A stretch of 64,000 nt of DNA from an uncultured Alphaproteobacteria bacterium (lineage in GTDB: Bacteria; Pseudomonadota; Alphaproteobacteria; Rhizobiales; Beijerinckiaceae): the NCBI GenBank assembly GCA_963820775.1, contig CAWGBF010000013.1, positions 168,258-232,257 on the forward strand. The letters run 5' to 3'. Under the pieces are notes generated by a model that saw only the letters and a list, made by a program, of their open reading frames with translations, was not told the origin of the DNA and did not search any database. Each line of letters begins with the position of its first letter. Position 1 is the stretch's first letter. Below are positions 19,349 through 30,039 of this stretch, piece by piece. A program made the position numbers and the translations under genes.

Positions 19349-22158
19349 GCGACCTGGCCATGGCAGTGCTTGAACTTCTTGCCTGATCCGCAGGGGCACT
19401 GTTCATTTCGACCGACACGCCCCCATGTCGCGGGATTTTTCGGGTCGCGATCGACCACGTCGACTCCGGACGACGTCGCCGCCAAAAGAGCCGCGTCCGC
19501 CGACGCCGGAAAGGGAGCAAGCGTATATTCATTTTCGCCGGTGGCGGGATCTATGTGCTGGTACTGCATGGGAGGCGGCGGCTCGGGTTGCTGGAACCGC
19601 ACCTCGACCCGCGATATTTGCGCGATTACGGCTTCGTGCCACTGGGCTATCAATTCTCGAAACAGCTCGAAAGCCTCGGACTTGTACTCGTTCAGCGGGT
19701 CTCGCTGGGCCATGCCTCGCCAGCCGATGACCTGGCGGAGATGGTCAAGCGTGACGAGATGCTCGCGCCATAAATGATCCAGCGACTGTAAGATAACCTG
19801 CTTTTCGATATATCGCATGACCTCGGGCGTATTGCGTTGAACGCGTTGGACATACGCGTCCTCCGCCGCCTTGTGCAGCCTTGCCGCGACTTCTTCGTCA
19901 GCAATACCCTCCTCCTTGGCCCATTCGTCGACCGGAAGATCGAGGCTCAGCTTATTCAGGACCTCGCTCCTTAGCCCCGCGATGTCCCAAGCCTCGGGAT
20001 ACGCATCGTGCGGGATATGCTTCGCGACAATGTCGTCGATCACGCCTGTTCGCATCTCCTCGATCGTCGACTCGAGGGATTCGGACGCCATCATCCTGCG
20101 TCGATCCTCAAATATGACCTTGCGCTGATCGTTCATAACGTTGTCAAATTTGAGAATATTCTTGCGGATGTCGAAATTGCGCGCCTCGACCTTCTGCTGC
20201 GCCTTTTCGAGAGCTTTATTGATCCACGGGTGGACAATCGCTTCGTCCTCCTTGAGGCCGAGGCGCTTGAGCATCGCGTCCATGCGCTCTGCTCCGAAAA
20301 TGCGCATGAGATCGTCCTGCAGAGACAGGAAGAACTTCGACCGGCCCGGATCTCCTTGGCGACCAGATCGGCCGCGCAACTGGTTATCGATGCGGCGGCT
20401 CTCGTGCCGCTCCGTGCCGATGATATAGAGCCCGCCGGCGTCGATCGCCTTCTGTTTGAAGGCGGCAACTTCCGCTCGGATTGACGCCTCGTGGACCTCG
20501 CGTTGCTCGTCAGGAGCAGCCGGATCGATCTCCTGTCTGACCCGCATTTCGACATTGCCGCCGAGCTGAATATCCGTCCCACGCCCCGCCATGTTGGTTG
20601 CGATCGTGATCGCGCCGGGAACCCCTGCTTCAGCGATGATGAAGGCTTCCTGCTCGTGGTGACGGGCGTTCAGGATCGCGAAGTTCTTTGAGGGCTTGCC
20701 GGCGCGCGCCGCAGCATAGAGCGCCTTCAATGCGTCAGGCTTGGTGAAATCAATCTTTTTGTACCCTTGCCGTTCGAGCACATCGCCAAGCTGCTCGGAT
20801 TTTTCAATTGATGTTGTGCCGACCAACATCGGTTGCAATTTGGTGTTGGCGCCTTCGATCTCGCGGACGACGGCGCGCGTCTTTTCGTCCGTGGTGCGAT
20901 AGACTTCATCATCCTCATCAAGACGCGAGATCGGCATGTTGGTCGGAATCTCGACGACAACGAGCTTGTAGATTTCCGCGAACTCGTCGGCTTCCGTCGC
21001 AGCGGTGCCAGTCATCCCGGCAAGCTTCTTGTAGAGACGGAAGTAGTTTTGAAAGGTGATGGAGGCCAGCGTGACGTTCTCAGGCTGGACCGTCACGCCC
21101 TCCTTTGCCTCAAGCGCCTGGTGCAGCCCCTCAGAATAGCGCCGCCCCGGCATCATGCGTCCCGTGAACTCGTCAACGATGACGACTTCGTCGTTGCGGA
21201 CGATGTAGTCCTTGTCGCGTTGGAACAGCTTGTGAGCCCGCGCCGCCTGATTAAGGTGGTGGACGAGTGTCGCGTTTGACGCCTCGTAGAGCGATCCTTC
21301 CTTCATCACGCCGGCCGAACGCAGCAGGGCTTCAGCGTGCTCGTTACCCGCGTCAGTCAGGTTGACGGTGCGTTGCTTCTCATCGAGCTCGAATTCCTCG
21401 CGGGCGAGTTCCGGTATGATCGCATTGACCGAAACATAGAGACCGGAGCGGTCTTCAGACGGGCCTGAGATGATGAGCGGGGTGCGCGCCTCGTCAACCA
21501 GGATCGAATCGACTTCGTCGACGATCGCGAAGGCGTGGCCACGCTGGACCATCTGCGCCATATCGTACTTCATATTGTCGCGCAGGTAGTCGAAGCCGAA
21601 TTCGTTGTTCGTGCCATAGGTCACGTCCGCAGCGTAGGCCTGTCGGCGCTGATCGTCGTCCAGGCCATGCACGATGACGCCGACAGTCATGCCGAGGAAC
21701 TGGTAAATCTGACCCATCCACTCGGAGTCGCGGCGGGCAAGGTAGTCATTCACCGTGACGACATGGACGCCCTCTCCGGCGAGCGCGTTGAGATAAACCG
21801 CAGTCGTAGCGACGAGCGTCTTGCCCTCGCCGGTGCGCATTTCGGCGATCGCGCCCTCGTGCAGCACCAGGCCGCCCATGAGCTGAACATCGAAGTGGCG
21901 CTGTTTGAGGGTCCGTTTCGCGGCTTCGCGCACAGCGGCGAACGCGGGCGGGATGAGGTCGTCGAGCGCCTTGCCGGCCTTGAGCTCGGCCCGGAACTCT
22001 TCGGTCTTGGCTCGCAGCTGATCGTCGCTTAGGGCCTCGAATTCAGGCTCCAGCGCGTTTATGGCGGCGACTTGGGGCCGGTAACCCTTGAGCCGGCGGT
22101 CGTTGGATGAGCCAAAGACCCGCTTCATCACGGTGTCGAACTTAAGCGCGCCGAGCAT
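19345..22158 (-). CDS. secA: Preprotein translocase subunit SecA
   Basis: [41 protein letters not shown]-terminal [18 protein letters not shown]. Confidence 0.99.
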   Translation of the reverse strand: MLGALKFDTVMKRVFGSSNDRRLKGYRPQVAAINALEPEFEALSDDQLRAKTEEFRAELKAGKALDDLIPPAFAAVREAAKRTLKQRHFDVQLMGGLVLHEGAIAEMRTGEGKTLVATTAVYLNALAGEGVHVVTVNDYLARRDSEWMGQIYQFLGMTVGVIVHGLDDDQRRQAYAADVTYGTNNEFGFDYLRDNMKYDMAQMVQRGHAFAIVDEVDSILVDEARTPLIISGPSEDRSGLYVSVNAIIPELAREEFELDEKQRTVNLTDAGNEHAEALLRSAGVMKEGSLYEASNATLVHHLNQAARAHKLFQRDKDYIVRNDEVVIVDEFTGRMMPGRRYSEGLHQALEAKEGVTVQPENVTLASITFQNYFRLYKKLAGMTGTAATEADEFAEIYKLVVVEIPTNMPISRLDEDDEVYRTTDEKTRAVVREIEGANTKLQPMLVGTTSIEKSEQLGDVLERQGYKKIDFTKPDALKALYAAARAGKPSKNFAILNARHHEQEAFIIAEAGVPGAITIATNMAGRGTDIQLGGNVEMRVRQEIDPAAPDEQREVHEASIRAEVAAFKQKAIDAGGLYIIGTERHESRRIDNQLRGRSGRQGDPGRSKFFLSLQDDLMRIFGAERMDAMLKRLGLKEDEAIVHPWINKALEKAQQKVEARNFDIRKNILKFDNVMNDQRKVIFEDRRRMMASESLESTIEEMRTGVIDDIVAKHIPHDAYPEAWDIAGLRSEVLNKLSLDLPVDEWAKEEGIADEEVAARLHKAAEDAYVQRVQRNTPEVMRYIEKQVILQSLDHLWREHLVTLDHLRQVIGWRGMAQRDPLNEYKSEAFELFRELIAQWHEAVIAQISRVEVRFQQPEPPPPMQYQHIDPATGENEYTLAPFPASADAALLAATSSGVDVVDRDPKNPATWGRVGRNEQCPCGSGKKFKHCHGQVA

Positions 22159-22365
22159 TTTCGACCTTTCTTACCCCGCCGCCCGAAGCGGGTTTCCGCT
22201 TCTTTGCCCGGCCGAACGAGCGAGGCGGCGCGGACGATGGCGGCAACAATAAAAAGCGCGAAAAAGGCAAAAACCGCCCATTTTCGCGCAGCTAAACGGA
22301 ATTCTTGGTCAGATAGGAGCCGCGCTTCCCCTTGTCAATGATTGCGCTTCTCCGCGAGACGCAGC

Positions 22366-23244
22366 CTAGCGCTGGCATTTCGGACAATAGAACGTCGAGC
22401 GCCCGGACTGCATGATCCTGGCGATGATTCCGCGACAGCGCTCCCGCACGCATGGCGAGCCTTCGCGATCGTAGACCTTGAAGGCGTGCTGAAAATATCC
22501 CAATTCGCCGTTTGCCCGCCGGTGATCGCGCAGGGTCGAGCCGCCGGCTTCGACGGCTTCCTCCAGCACGGCTCGAATCGCCCCCGAAACGGCAATGGCG
22601 GCCTTGGTGGGGGCGCCGCGCGCGTCCGCCAAAATGCCAGCTGGTTTCGATGGCGCCAAACGGGCGCGGAAGAGAGCCTCGCAGACATAAATGTTGCCCA
22701 GGCCCGCAATGCGCTTCTGGTCGAGCAGAGCTGATTTCAGCGGCGCGCGCGAGCCGGCGAACAGGGCAGCGAGCCGCGCGGCGTCGAATTCAGGCGCGAG
22801 CGGCTCGGCGCCCAGTCCGCGCATCCGTGCGTGCTGCTCCAATGTCTCGGTCGGCGTGAGGTCCATGAAGCCGAAGCGTCGAGGGTCGTTATAGGTGACG
22901 ACCCATCCATTATCGAGGGCGAGAACGACGTGATCGTGCTTTGGATCTTTGGACCGTTGGTTATGGAACTTGCCCGGCGTTGAAACCGCGGTCTTTTCCA
23001 TGCGGAACGAACCGGACATGCCCAAGTGCGCGATGAGGGTCTCGCCGCCGTCCAATTGGAACAGGAGATATTTGGCCCGACGCTTGACGTCGACGATGCG
23101 CTGGCCGGAGAGCCTCTTGGCGAAAGAAGGGGGAAAGGGGAAGCGAATGTCCGCCCGGCGCAAGTCGACCTTGTCGATCCGGGCGCCGAGCATTGCGGGC
23201 GTGAGGCCGCGCCGCACAGTCTCGACTTCGGGCAGTTCCGGCAT
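22366..23244 (-). CDS. mutM: Formamidopyrimidine-DNA glycosylase
   Basis: MPELPEVET, RRAKYL, HLGMSG, DPRRFG, GLGNIY, C-terminal Zn finger RSTFYCPKCQ. Confidence 0.98.
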   Translation of the reverse strand: MPELPEVETVRRGLTPAMLGARIDKVDLRRADIRFPFPPSFAKRLSGQRIVDVKRRAKYLLFQLDGGETLIAHLGMSGSFRMEKTAVSTPGKFHNQRSKDPKHDHVVLALDNGWVVTYNDPRRFGFMDLTPTETLEQHARMRGLGAEPLAPEFDAARLAALFAGSRAPLKSALLDQKRIAGLGNIYVCEALFRARLAPSKPAGILADARGAPTKAAIAVSGAIRAVLEEAVEAGGSTLRDHRRANGELGYFQHAFKVYDREGSPCVRERCRGIIARIMQSGRSTFYCPKCQR

Positions 23245-23390
23245 CGCAGGGCCTCAGCTAACAGAAAGAAAGCCGGCCCAGCGGCTGCGCCCGCGCAGAT
23301 CCTGACCGTCGCCCGACTAGGTAAGGGCGTTTATGCGCCGCTTCAATCGGTCTCCGGCTGGAGGAAGAACCTCCGTCGGCCTCGCAAGCA

Positions 23391-23430
23391 AGCGCCAATA
23401 AACGCCAATAAACGTCAGTAAACGTTAGTA
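23391..23430. repeat. Tandem array of four degenerate 10-mers
   Basis: agcgccaata aacgccaata aacgtcagta aacgttagta in an AT-rich intergenic region. Confidence 0.7.
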
Positions 23431-23829
23431 AATTTACTTGCATTTGCTAGCGTTTATTTTTTGGAATCTTGCCTTTTCAATGGGTTGCAGCCGATTCAGA
23501 TAAAAAATTTCCCTGGCTCTAAGGCCAGTCGCAAACCGTATGAAAAAGTCACCCTTTCATCTCCATTCTTCCCCTGGATGAGGCTTTTGGCAGGCCGCCA
23601 ACCACAATCGGCGGGAAGAAGACTGTAGCATATAATTCTGATTCAACCAAGAGTTTGTTTTGACAAAGTGCGCCGAGCCTTGCCCTTCTCCAAGCCAGCT
23701 CCGTCGATCGGACTTGGAGACGCGGTGGCAGACCGCGTAGCCGTCGCGCTCAGCGAGCGCGGCTGCAATCGGCGCATCGACCCCAATGCAATCCGCCCTG
23801 GACTCTCGATCTACCCAAGGGGCTCCGGC

Positions 23830-25560
23830 CTAGTGGATTTCCGGGTCCGGCGTCGGGGCGCCGCGCTCGAGAAAATCGAAGTCGCACCCCTCGTTCGCCT
23901 GGCTCACGTGCTCAGAGAACATGCGCCCGTAGCCGCGAGCATAGCGGGGGGGCGGTTGCCGCCAGGCGGCGCGGCGCCGGTCGAGTTCTTCATCGCTCAC
24001 CTGCATGCTCAAGCGGCGACCGGGGATGTCGAGTTCGATCACGTCGCCGTCGCGCACCAGGGCAAGCGGGCCGCCGACGAAGGACTCTGGGGCGACATGG
24101 AGAACGCAGGCGCCGTAGCTGGTGCCGCTCATGCGCGCGTCGGAGACGCGAACCATGTCGCGGACGCCTTTGGCCAGCACCTTTTTCGGGATCGGCAACT
24201 GGCCCCATTCCGGCATGCCCGGCGCCCCGATGGGTCCGGCGTTCTTGAGCACCAGGACCGAATTCTCGTCCACGTCGAGATCGGGATCATCGATGCGGGC
24301 CGCCATGTCGTTATAATCTTCGAACACGACCGCCTTTCCGGCGTGCTTGTGCAGGTGGGATTCGGCGGCGGGCGGCTTGATAATCGCGCCGTCGGGAGCG
24401 AGGTTGCCGCGCAGCACGGCGAGGCTGTCGGACGCGACCAGCGGATTGTTTAGCGGCCGAATGACGTCATCGTTGTAAATTGCCGCGCGTTCGACATTCT
24501 CGCCGATCGTGGCGCCGTTCACCGTGCGCGCGCCGGTCTTCAGCCGGCCTCCAACGGCCAGTTGCTTGAGCACCGCGGGCAGGCCGCCGGCGTAGAAGAA
24601 ATCCTCCATGAGATAAGCGCCCGAGGGCCGGATGTTGGCGAGTTGCGGCGTCTCCCGCGCTTGCCTGTCGAACGCCTCCATATCGAGGGCAAGGCCCGCG
24701 CGGCGCGCAAGCGCGATCAGATGCACGACCGAGTTGGTCGAGCCGCCGATCGCGAGGACAGCGGAGACGGCGTTGTGGATTAACTCTTGGGTGATCAGAT
24801 CGGACGGCTTGAGATCGTCCCAGACCATGTCGACGATGCGTTTTCCCGTCAGCGTCGCCATCACGGCGTGCCGCGAATCGGCGGCGGGAATCGAGGCTGC
24901 GCCCGGCAAGGTCATGCCGAGCGCCTCGGCGGCGCTGGTCATGGTCGAGGCGGTGCCCATCGTCATGCAGTGACCAGGGGAGCGCGCGATGCCATGTTCG
25001 ATCTCCTCCCAATCCTTATCGGTGATCGTCCCCGCGCGCAGCTCCGCCCAGTATTTCCAGACGTCGCTGCCCGATCCCAGCGCGCCGCCTCGCCACGAGC
25101 CGCGCAACATGGGTCCTGCCGGCATGAAGATCGCCGGGAGGTTCATCGAGATCGCCCCCATCAGCAGCGCGGGCGTGGTCTTGTCGCAGCCGCCCATCAG
25201 CACCGCGCCGTCGGCAGGATAGGAGCGGAGCGCCTCCTCGGCCTCCATCGCAAGAAAGTTGCGATACATCATTGTCGTCGGCTTCTGGAACGGCTCGGAC
25301 AGCGTCATCGCAGGCAGTTCGACCGGGAAGCCTCCCGCCTCCCAAACGCCGCGCTTCACCTCCTCGACCCGTTGCTTGAAATGGGTGTGGCAGGCGTTGA
25401 TGTCGCTCCAGGTGTTGATGATCCCGATCACCGGCTTGCCTGCGTAATCGGAGCGGTCGTAGCCCATCTGGGCCGTGCGCGACCGATGGCCGAATGAACG
25501 CAGGTCGTTCACCCCATACCAGCGATGACTGCGAAGATCTTCGGGGCGCTTGCGGGCCAT
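23830..25560 (-). CDS. IlvD/Edd-family sugar-acid dehydratase (L-arabinonate dehydratase-like)
   Basis: [42 protein letters not shown]. Confidence 0.9.
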   Translation of the reverse strand: MARKRPEDLRSHRWYGVNDLRSFGHRSRTAQMGYDRSDYAGKPVIGIINTWSDINACHTHFKQRVEEVKRGVWEAGGFPVELPAMTLSEPFQKPTTMMYRNFLAMEAEEALRSYPADGAVLMGGCDKTTPALLMGAISMNLPAIFMPAGPMLRGSWRGGALGSGSDVWKYWAELRAGTITDKDWEEIEHGIARSPGHCMTMGTASTMTSAAEALGMTLPGAASIPAADSRHAVMATLTGKRIVDMVWDDLKPSDLITQELIHNAVSAVLAIGGSTNSVVHLIALARRAGLALDMEAFDRQARETPQLANIRPSGAYLMEDFFYAGGLPAVLKQLAVGGRLKTGARTVNGATIGENVERAAIYNDDVIRPLNNPLVASDSLAVLRGNLAPDGAIIKPPAAESHLHKHAGKAVVFEDYNDMAARIDDPDLDVDENSVLVLKNAGPIGAPGMPEWGQLPIPKKVLAKGVRDMVRVSDARMSGTSYGACVLHVAPESFVGGPLALVRDGDVIELDIPGRRLSMQVSDEELDRRRAAWRQPPPRYARGYGRMFSEHVSQANEGCDFDFLERGAPTPDPEIH

Positions 25561-25594
25561 TGTTGAATTGTCCTCCGATTGGCTGGGATTCATC

Positions 25595-26893
25595 TTACAT
25601 CATGCTCGGCAGATAGAGCGCAATGGACGGAAACGCGATCAGAATGACGAGACGCAGCATATCCGTCGCGATGAATGGCAGGACGCCCTTGAATATGGTG
25701 GCGAAGCTTATGTCCTTGACCGCGGTCTTGATCACGAAAACGTTCATTCCGACCGGCGGATGGATCAGGCCGAGTTCGACCGTCATGACAATGATGATGC
25801 CGAACCAGATTGGGTCGAAGCCGAGCGCCGTCACGACGGGGAACACGATCGGCACCGTCAGAATGATCATCGCCATGGCGTCCATGAGACAGCCGAGCGC
25901 GAGATACATCAGCATGATCAGCCCCAGCACGCCGTAGCGACCCACGCCAAGGCCGGTCATGAATTCTGTCAGCTTTTGCGGGACCTCCGTTACGGTGAGA
26001 AAATAGCCGAACAGGAGCGCGCCGATGAGAACCGTGAACACCGCGGCGGCGGTTCGGGTCGCCTGCAACAGCGCGGCGAGCACGCCCGCAGGCTTGAGGC
26101 GGCGCCGAGCGACCGAGATCAGGAACGCGCCGCACGCGCCGACCCCGCCCGCTTCCGTCGGCGTGAACAGGCCGCCGTAAAGGCCGCCGATCACGAACAC
26201 GAACAGCGCGAGCGAAGCCCAGACGTCGCGCAAGGATTGGAGCCGTTCGCCCCAGCCGCTGCGGAGGCCAGCGGGCAGAAAGCCCGGCCTCATGAGGCCG
26301 ATGGCGGCGATTGTCAGCATGTACATCGAGACCGCGAGCAGGCCGGGAAGGATCCCGGCGATGAACAGCTTGCCGATGTCCTGCTGAGTGATGAGGCCGT
26401 AGACGGCGAGCACCGTCGAGGGCGGAAAGATCGCGCCAAGCGTTCCGCCGGCGGCGATCACGCCGGCGGCGAAGGACTGCGGATAGTCGTATCGCCGCAT
26501 CTCGGGATAGGCGACCGTTGCGAAAGTGGCGGCGGTTGCGACCGACGAACCGCTGATCGCCGCGAAGCCGCCGCAGGCGGCGATCGTCGCGAGGCCCAGT
26601 CCGCCCCGCCAATGGCCGATGAAACTGTTGGCCGCCCGGAACAATTCGCGGCTCATGCCGGAGGCCGACACGAAGGCGCCCATGAGCAGAAACATCGGGA
26701 TGACGCCGAACGTGTAGTCGGTGACCGTCCGCATCGAGGTCTGCCCGACCATCTTCAGCGCCGGAGCGAGGCCAACGATCGACGCATAGCCGACCACGCC
26801 GACCAAGCCCATCGCCATGCCCACGGGAACCCGCAGCAGAATCAGTCCGAACAAAGCGACGAAGCCGAGCAGAGCCGCCGCATCGGAACTCAT
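25595..26893 (-). CDS. TRAP transporter large permease (DctM)
   Basis: [47 protein letters not shown]. Confidence 0.93.
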   Translation of the reverse strand: MSSDAAALLGFVALFGLILLRVPVGMAMGLVGVVGYASIVGLAPALKMVGQTSMRTVTDYTFGVIPMFLLMGAFVSASGMSRELFRAANSFIGHWRGGLGLATIAACGGFAAISGSSVATAATFATVAYPEMRRYDYPQSFAAGVIAAGGTLGAIFPPSTVLAVYGLITQQDIGKLFIAGILPGLLAVSMYMLTIAAIGLMRPGFLPAGLRSGWGERLQSLRDVWASLALFVFVIGGLYGGLFTPTEAGGVGACGAFLISVARRRLKPAGVLAALLQATRTAAAVFTVLIGALLFGYFLTVTEVPQKLTEFMTGLGVGRYGVLGLIMLMYLALGCLMDAMAMIILTVPIVFPVVTALGFDPIWFGIIIVMTVELGLIHPPVGMNVFVIKTAVKDISFATIFKGVLPFIATDMLRLVILIAFPSIALYLPSMM

Positions 26894-26903
26894 CGCCCAA
26901 CCC

Positions 26904-27455
26904 TCATTCGAGCGCCTTGGCGATCGGATCGGGATTGAGCTTCTCGGGGTGGAAAATGAGCCGCCAGGTGCGCACGGCGATGAGAATGACGGCGGAGACG
27001 TCGCCCGCCCAGGCGACGGCGAAGAACGGCCAGGTCGGCAGGTGAAGATCGTAGGTCAGGACATGGTCGGCCCGCGTCGAACGCACCTTGTCGAACAGCA
27101 TCGCGGTCTGGACGGTGACTACGAACAAAAGCACGAGCGTTGCGAAGACATCGATCGCCCGCTTTCCTCGTGGGCCCGCCGCGGCCCATACGAGGTCGAC
27201 AGTGATGTGGCCACCGCGATAGCTCGTCGCCGCGATGCCCCAGAAGATGAGGATGCCGAGCAGCAGGCGGCCGAAATCATAAGAATCGGGAATCGACGTG
27301 TTGAACAGATAGCGGAGCAGCACGGAGACGAAAATATCGATCGCGACAATGCCGATGAACGCCGCCGCGGCAAGCTCGATGCCGTCGATGAACCGGTCCA
27401 TTACATTTGCATTGGCCGTGACGCCGACGCCCCGCCGGCGCTCGGACAAGGTCAT
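26904..27455 (-). CDS. TRAP transporter small permease (DctQ)
   Basis: Four hydrophobic segments, GGHITVDL motif; ATG overlaps the DctP TGA. Confidence 0.88.
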   Translation of the reverse strand: MTLSERRRGVGVTANANVMDRFIDGIELAAAAFIGIVAIDIFVSVLLRYLFNTSIPDSYDFGRLLLGILIFWGIAATSYRGGHITVDLVWAAAGPRGKRAIDVFATLVLLFVVTVQTAMLFDKVRSTRADHVLTYDLHLPTWPFFAVAWAGDVSAVILIAVRTWRLIFHPEKLNPDPIAKALE

Positions 27456-28537
27456 GGACCGGCGCCGTATTTGGCGATTGCCGCGTTGAGTTCGGTGAGC
27501 GCGGCGTCCGGATCGGCGCCCGCCTGCTTCACCGCTGCGGCCCAGCTCGTCTCGAGCGGCTTGACCGTCGCCCGCCACGCGGCCGTCTGGTCGGGGGTAA
27601 GCTTGTAGACGTCGTGATGAGCGGGATCGGCTCTCATCTTGTCGCGGCCGGCGGCTTCGAAATCGCCCCAGGGACCCGCAATCTTCACCGCCCAGTCGGT
27701 CGTGCAATGGTCGTCCATGACCTTTTTCTGCGCCAGGCTTAGCGATTCATATTTGTCCTTGTTCATCGAGAAGGTGAACACGGTCGTATAGAGCGGCGCG
27801 TCGATATGGTATTTGACCACCTTGTCGATGCCGAACAGATAGAGCGAGCCCCAGGGGAAGGTGATGGCGTCAGCGACGCCCCGCTCGAGAACCTCGCGCG
27901 CCTCCGGAGCGGAAGCCTGGACGTTCGTGCCGCCGAGCCGGGTGACAAGCTCGGCGATCGTGCTCTGCGCCGGGCGCACCTTCACCCCGCGCAGATCTTC
28001 CGGCATGACGATCTTCTTGCGGGCGGAGTGAAGGGCGCCGGGATCGTGAATGAAGGCGAAGCAGAAATGCGTGTCCTTCATTTCCGTCGGAGCGTATTTG
28101 CGATACCACGAGTTGAGCGCCGCGGTCCCTTTACGCGCATCGCCGAACATGAACGGCATCTGGCCGATGGCGATGATCGGGAAACGGCCCGGCTGATAGC
28201 CGGGGTTGACGTAAGTGATGTCCGCGATGTCGTCGCGCGCCATGTCGTAATGATCGAACGCCTTGCCGAGCTGCTCCGACGGAAAGACGGTGATCTTGAT
28301 CGTGCCGTTGGACGACTTGGCTATGTCCTCCGCCCATGCCTTGGTCACCCCCGTCAGCGGGTGCGCGGGCGGAACCCAGAGCGACAGCCTGAGGTCGACC
28401 TCCTTGTCCTGCGCGAACGCCGGAAGAGCGCTTCCGACCGCTAGAGCGAATATCACGCCGAGCGCCAGCGCCGTGCAGAATTGGCGAACGGCCGAGAGGC
28501 GTCCTCGGATCGCGCCGGGGTCAGTCAATCTCGGCAT
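27452..28537 (-). CDS. TRAP substrate-binding protein (DctP)
   Basis: Signal peptide; LRLSLWVPPAHP, VFPSEQLG, DLRGVKVR, LERGVADA. Confidence 0.92.
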   Translation of the reverse strand: MPRLTDPGAIRGRLSAVRQFCTALALGVIFALAVGSALPAFAQDKEVDLRLSLWVPPAHPLTGVTKAWAEDIAKSSNGTIKITVFPSEQLGKAFDHYDMARDDIADITYVNPGYQPGRFPIIAIGQMPFMFGDARKGTAALNSWYRKYAPTEMKDTHFCFAFIHDPGALHSARKKIVMPEDLRGVKVRPAQSTIAELVTRLGGTNVQASAPEAREVLERGVADAITFPWGSLYLFGIDKVVKYHIDAPLYTTVFTFSMNKDKYESLSLAQKKVMDDHCTTDWAVKIAGPWGDFEAAGRDKMRADPAHHDVYKLTPDQTAAWRATVKPLETSWAAAVKQAGADPDAALTELNAAIAKYGAGP

Positions 28538-28635
28538 GTCTCCTCCCGATATTTCTGGTTGTCAGACCATCTCGCAGGCGCGGGCTCGGATCGTCAAGCG
28601 CCGGGCCGGCCAACGACGCTTTCCCCCGGCCGGCT

Positions 28636-30039
28636 TCAGATCTTTCTGTTCTTCGCGTCCCAGTTGCGCTCGAGATTGGCGATCAGCGCCGGACTGAAGT
28701 GACAGTAGGCCTGCTCTCGCGCGTAGACAGAGGCGTAGCGGCGAAACAGATCGAGGGACTCCTGGCCGACCCTGATGGCGCGACGATTGCCGATGGCGCT
28801 GACCGCGCCGGCGCTGGTGAGCCCCTCGATAACGCGGTCGACCGCCGCGTCCATTTCGGCGGCGGGCGCAATCTCGTCGCAAATCAGGCGCCCTTCCGCG
28901 CTGTCGCACATGAGTTTGCGCTCGTAGAGGACGGCTTGTCGCGTCATGCGATCGCCGACGAACCGCGGCATGCGCAAATTCGCGAAGCCCGGAATGATTC
29001 CCTCCCTGCGCGCGGGCAAGGTCAGAAACGCGTCCGACGCGGCCAGAACATAATCCATGCACAACAGCGCCTGGCAATGGCCGCCGATGGCGAACGTGTC
29101 GACCGCGGCGATCCACAGCTTTTCGACCCCGCGTCCGTTCATGTCGTCAGGCACGCTCTCGGGCGTAGCGACGCCGCGCAAAAGCTTATGCACATAGCCG
29201 AGGTCGCGGATCAGGAACCAAAGGTATGGTATCTTGCCGAGGTAGAGATGGGTGAGATTGATGCCGGCGCCAAAAATGCGCTTACCCCGATATTTCTCGT
29301 TATCCACAACGACGCCGCGCATGACGGCGATTTCAGTCGTTCGATCGAGCGTCGCCACGTCGACGGCAATCTCGGTCTGAGCAAGGGTGGTGTCGTCCTC
29401 GGCGTTGAGGAAGCGCGGGTTGATCATGTCGAGATGGACGGCGTTGCCTTTTCGTGTGAGGCGCGCCGCGCCGAGGTCGAGCGAGCCCTGCGAGGCGAAT
29501 TCGGCGATGAGCTGGGCGCTCTCTGGTCGCGGCAGCAGCATGGCGTGACAGAGATGCTCGCCGATGCGCGGACGCGAAAGCGCTTGCGCAAGGAACAGGC
29601 CCTGGTCGATTTCGACGCCGTCCTTGTCGCGCTGCGGATGAACCGCCTCGGCCTCGACCTCCTCTCGTGTCGGGACCAATCCAGGAACCAGTTTCGCGGC
29701 GGCGTATACGAGGTCATCGAGGCGGCGGAAGATCGAGCCGCGCTCGGTCAAGCGGTCGTAGACCGGCTCGACATGGGCGGCGAGAAACGATTCGCGAGAC
29801 GCACGCGCGTCCGACATGAGCGCGTCCGCAGCCGCCTGTTCAGCTTCGTTCCGCCGCGGCTTTGGCGGCAGCTTCCGCACGAGAGTCTTCGACCGGCGCC
29901 AAAAGTCTCTGCATTCGTCGGCGTCGGACTCAAACTCGCCCGTCGCGACCGGGAAGGACTCGGACCATTCGCGCGCTTCCTGCTCGGGCAGACCGGCGGC
30001 GCGCATCGACGCAAGGGCGGATTCGGTCGCCGAGGTCAT
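28636..30039 (-). CDS. DpgC-like crotonase-fold acyl-CoA dioxygenase/thioesterase
   Basis: RFLNAED, IFGAGINL, RDLGYVHKLLRG, KLWIAAVDTFAIGGHCQ, LPARREGIIPG follow the DpgC pattern. ATG 30039 overlaps the paaK TGA; the track's N-terminal 180 aa are spurious. Confidence 0.8.
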   Translation of the reverse strand: MTSATESALASMRAAGLPEQEAREWSESFPVATGEFESDADECRDFWRRSKTLVRKLPPKPRRNEAEQAAADALMSDARASRESFLAAHVEPVYDRLTERGSIFRRLDDLVYAAAKLVPGLVPTREEVEAEAVHPQRDKDGVEIDQGLFLAQALSRPRIGEHLCHAMLLPRPESAQLIAEFASQGSLDLGAARLTRKGNAVHLDMINPRFLNAEDDTTLAQTEIAVDVATLDRTTEIAVMRGVVVDNEKYRGKRIFGAGINLTHLYLGKIPYLWFLIRDLGYVHKLLRGVATPESVPDDMNGRGVEKLWIAAVDTFAIGGHCQALLCMDYVLAASDAFLTLPARREGIIPGFANLRMPRFVGDRMTRQAVLYERKLMCDSAEGRLICDEIAPAAEMDAAVDRVIEGLTSAGAVSAIGNRRAIRVGQESLDLFRRYASVYAREQAYCHFSPALIANLERNWDAKNRKI

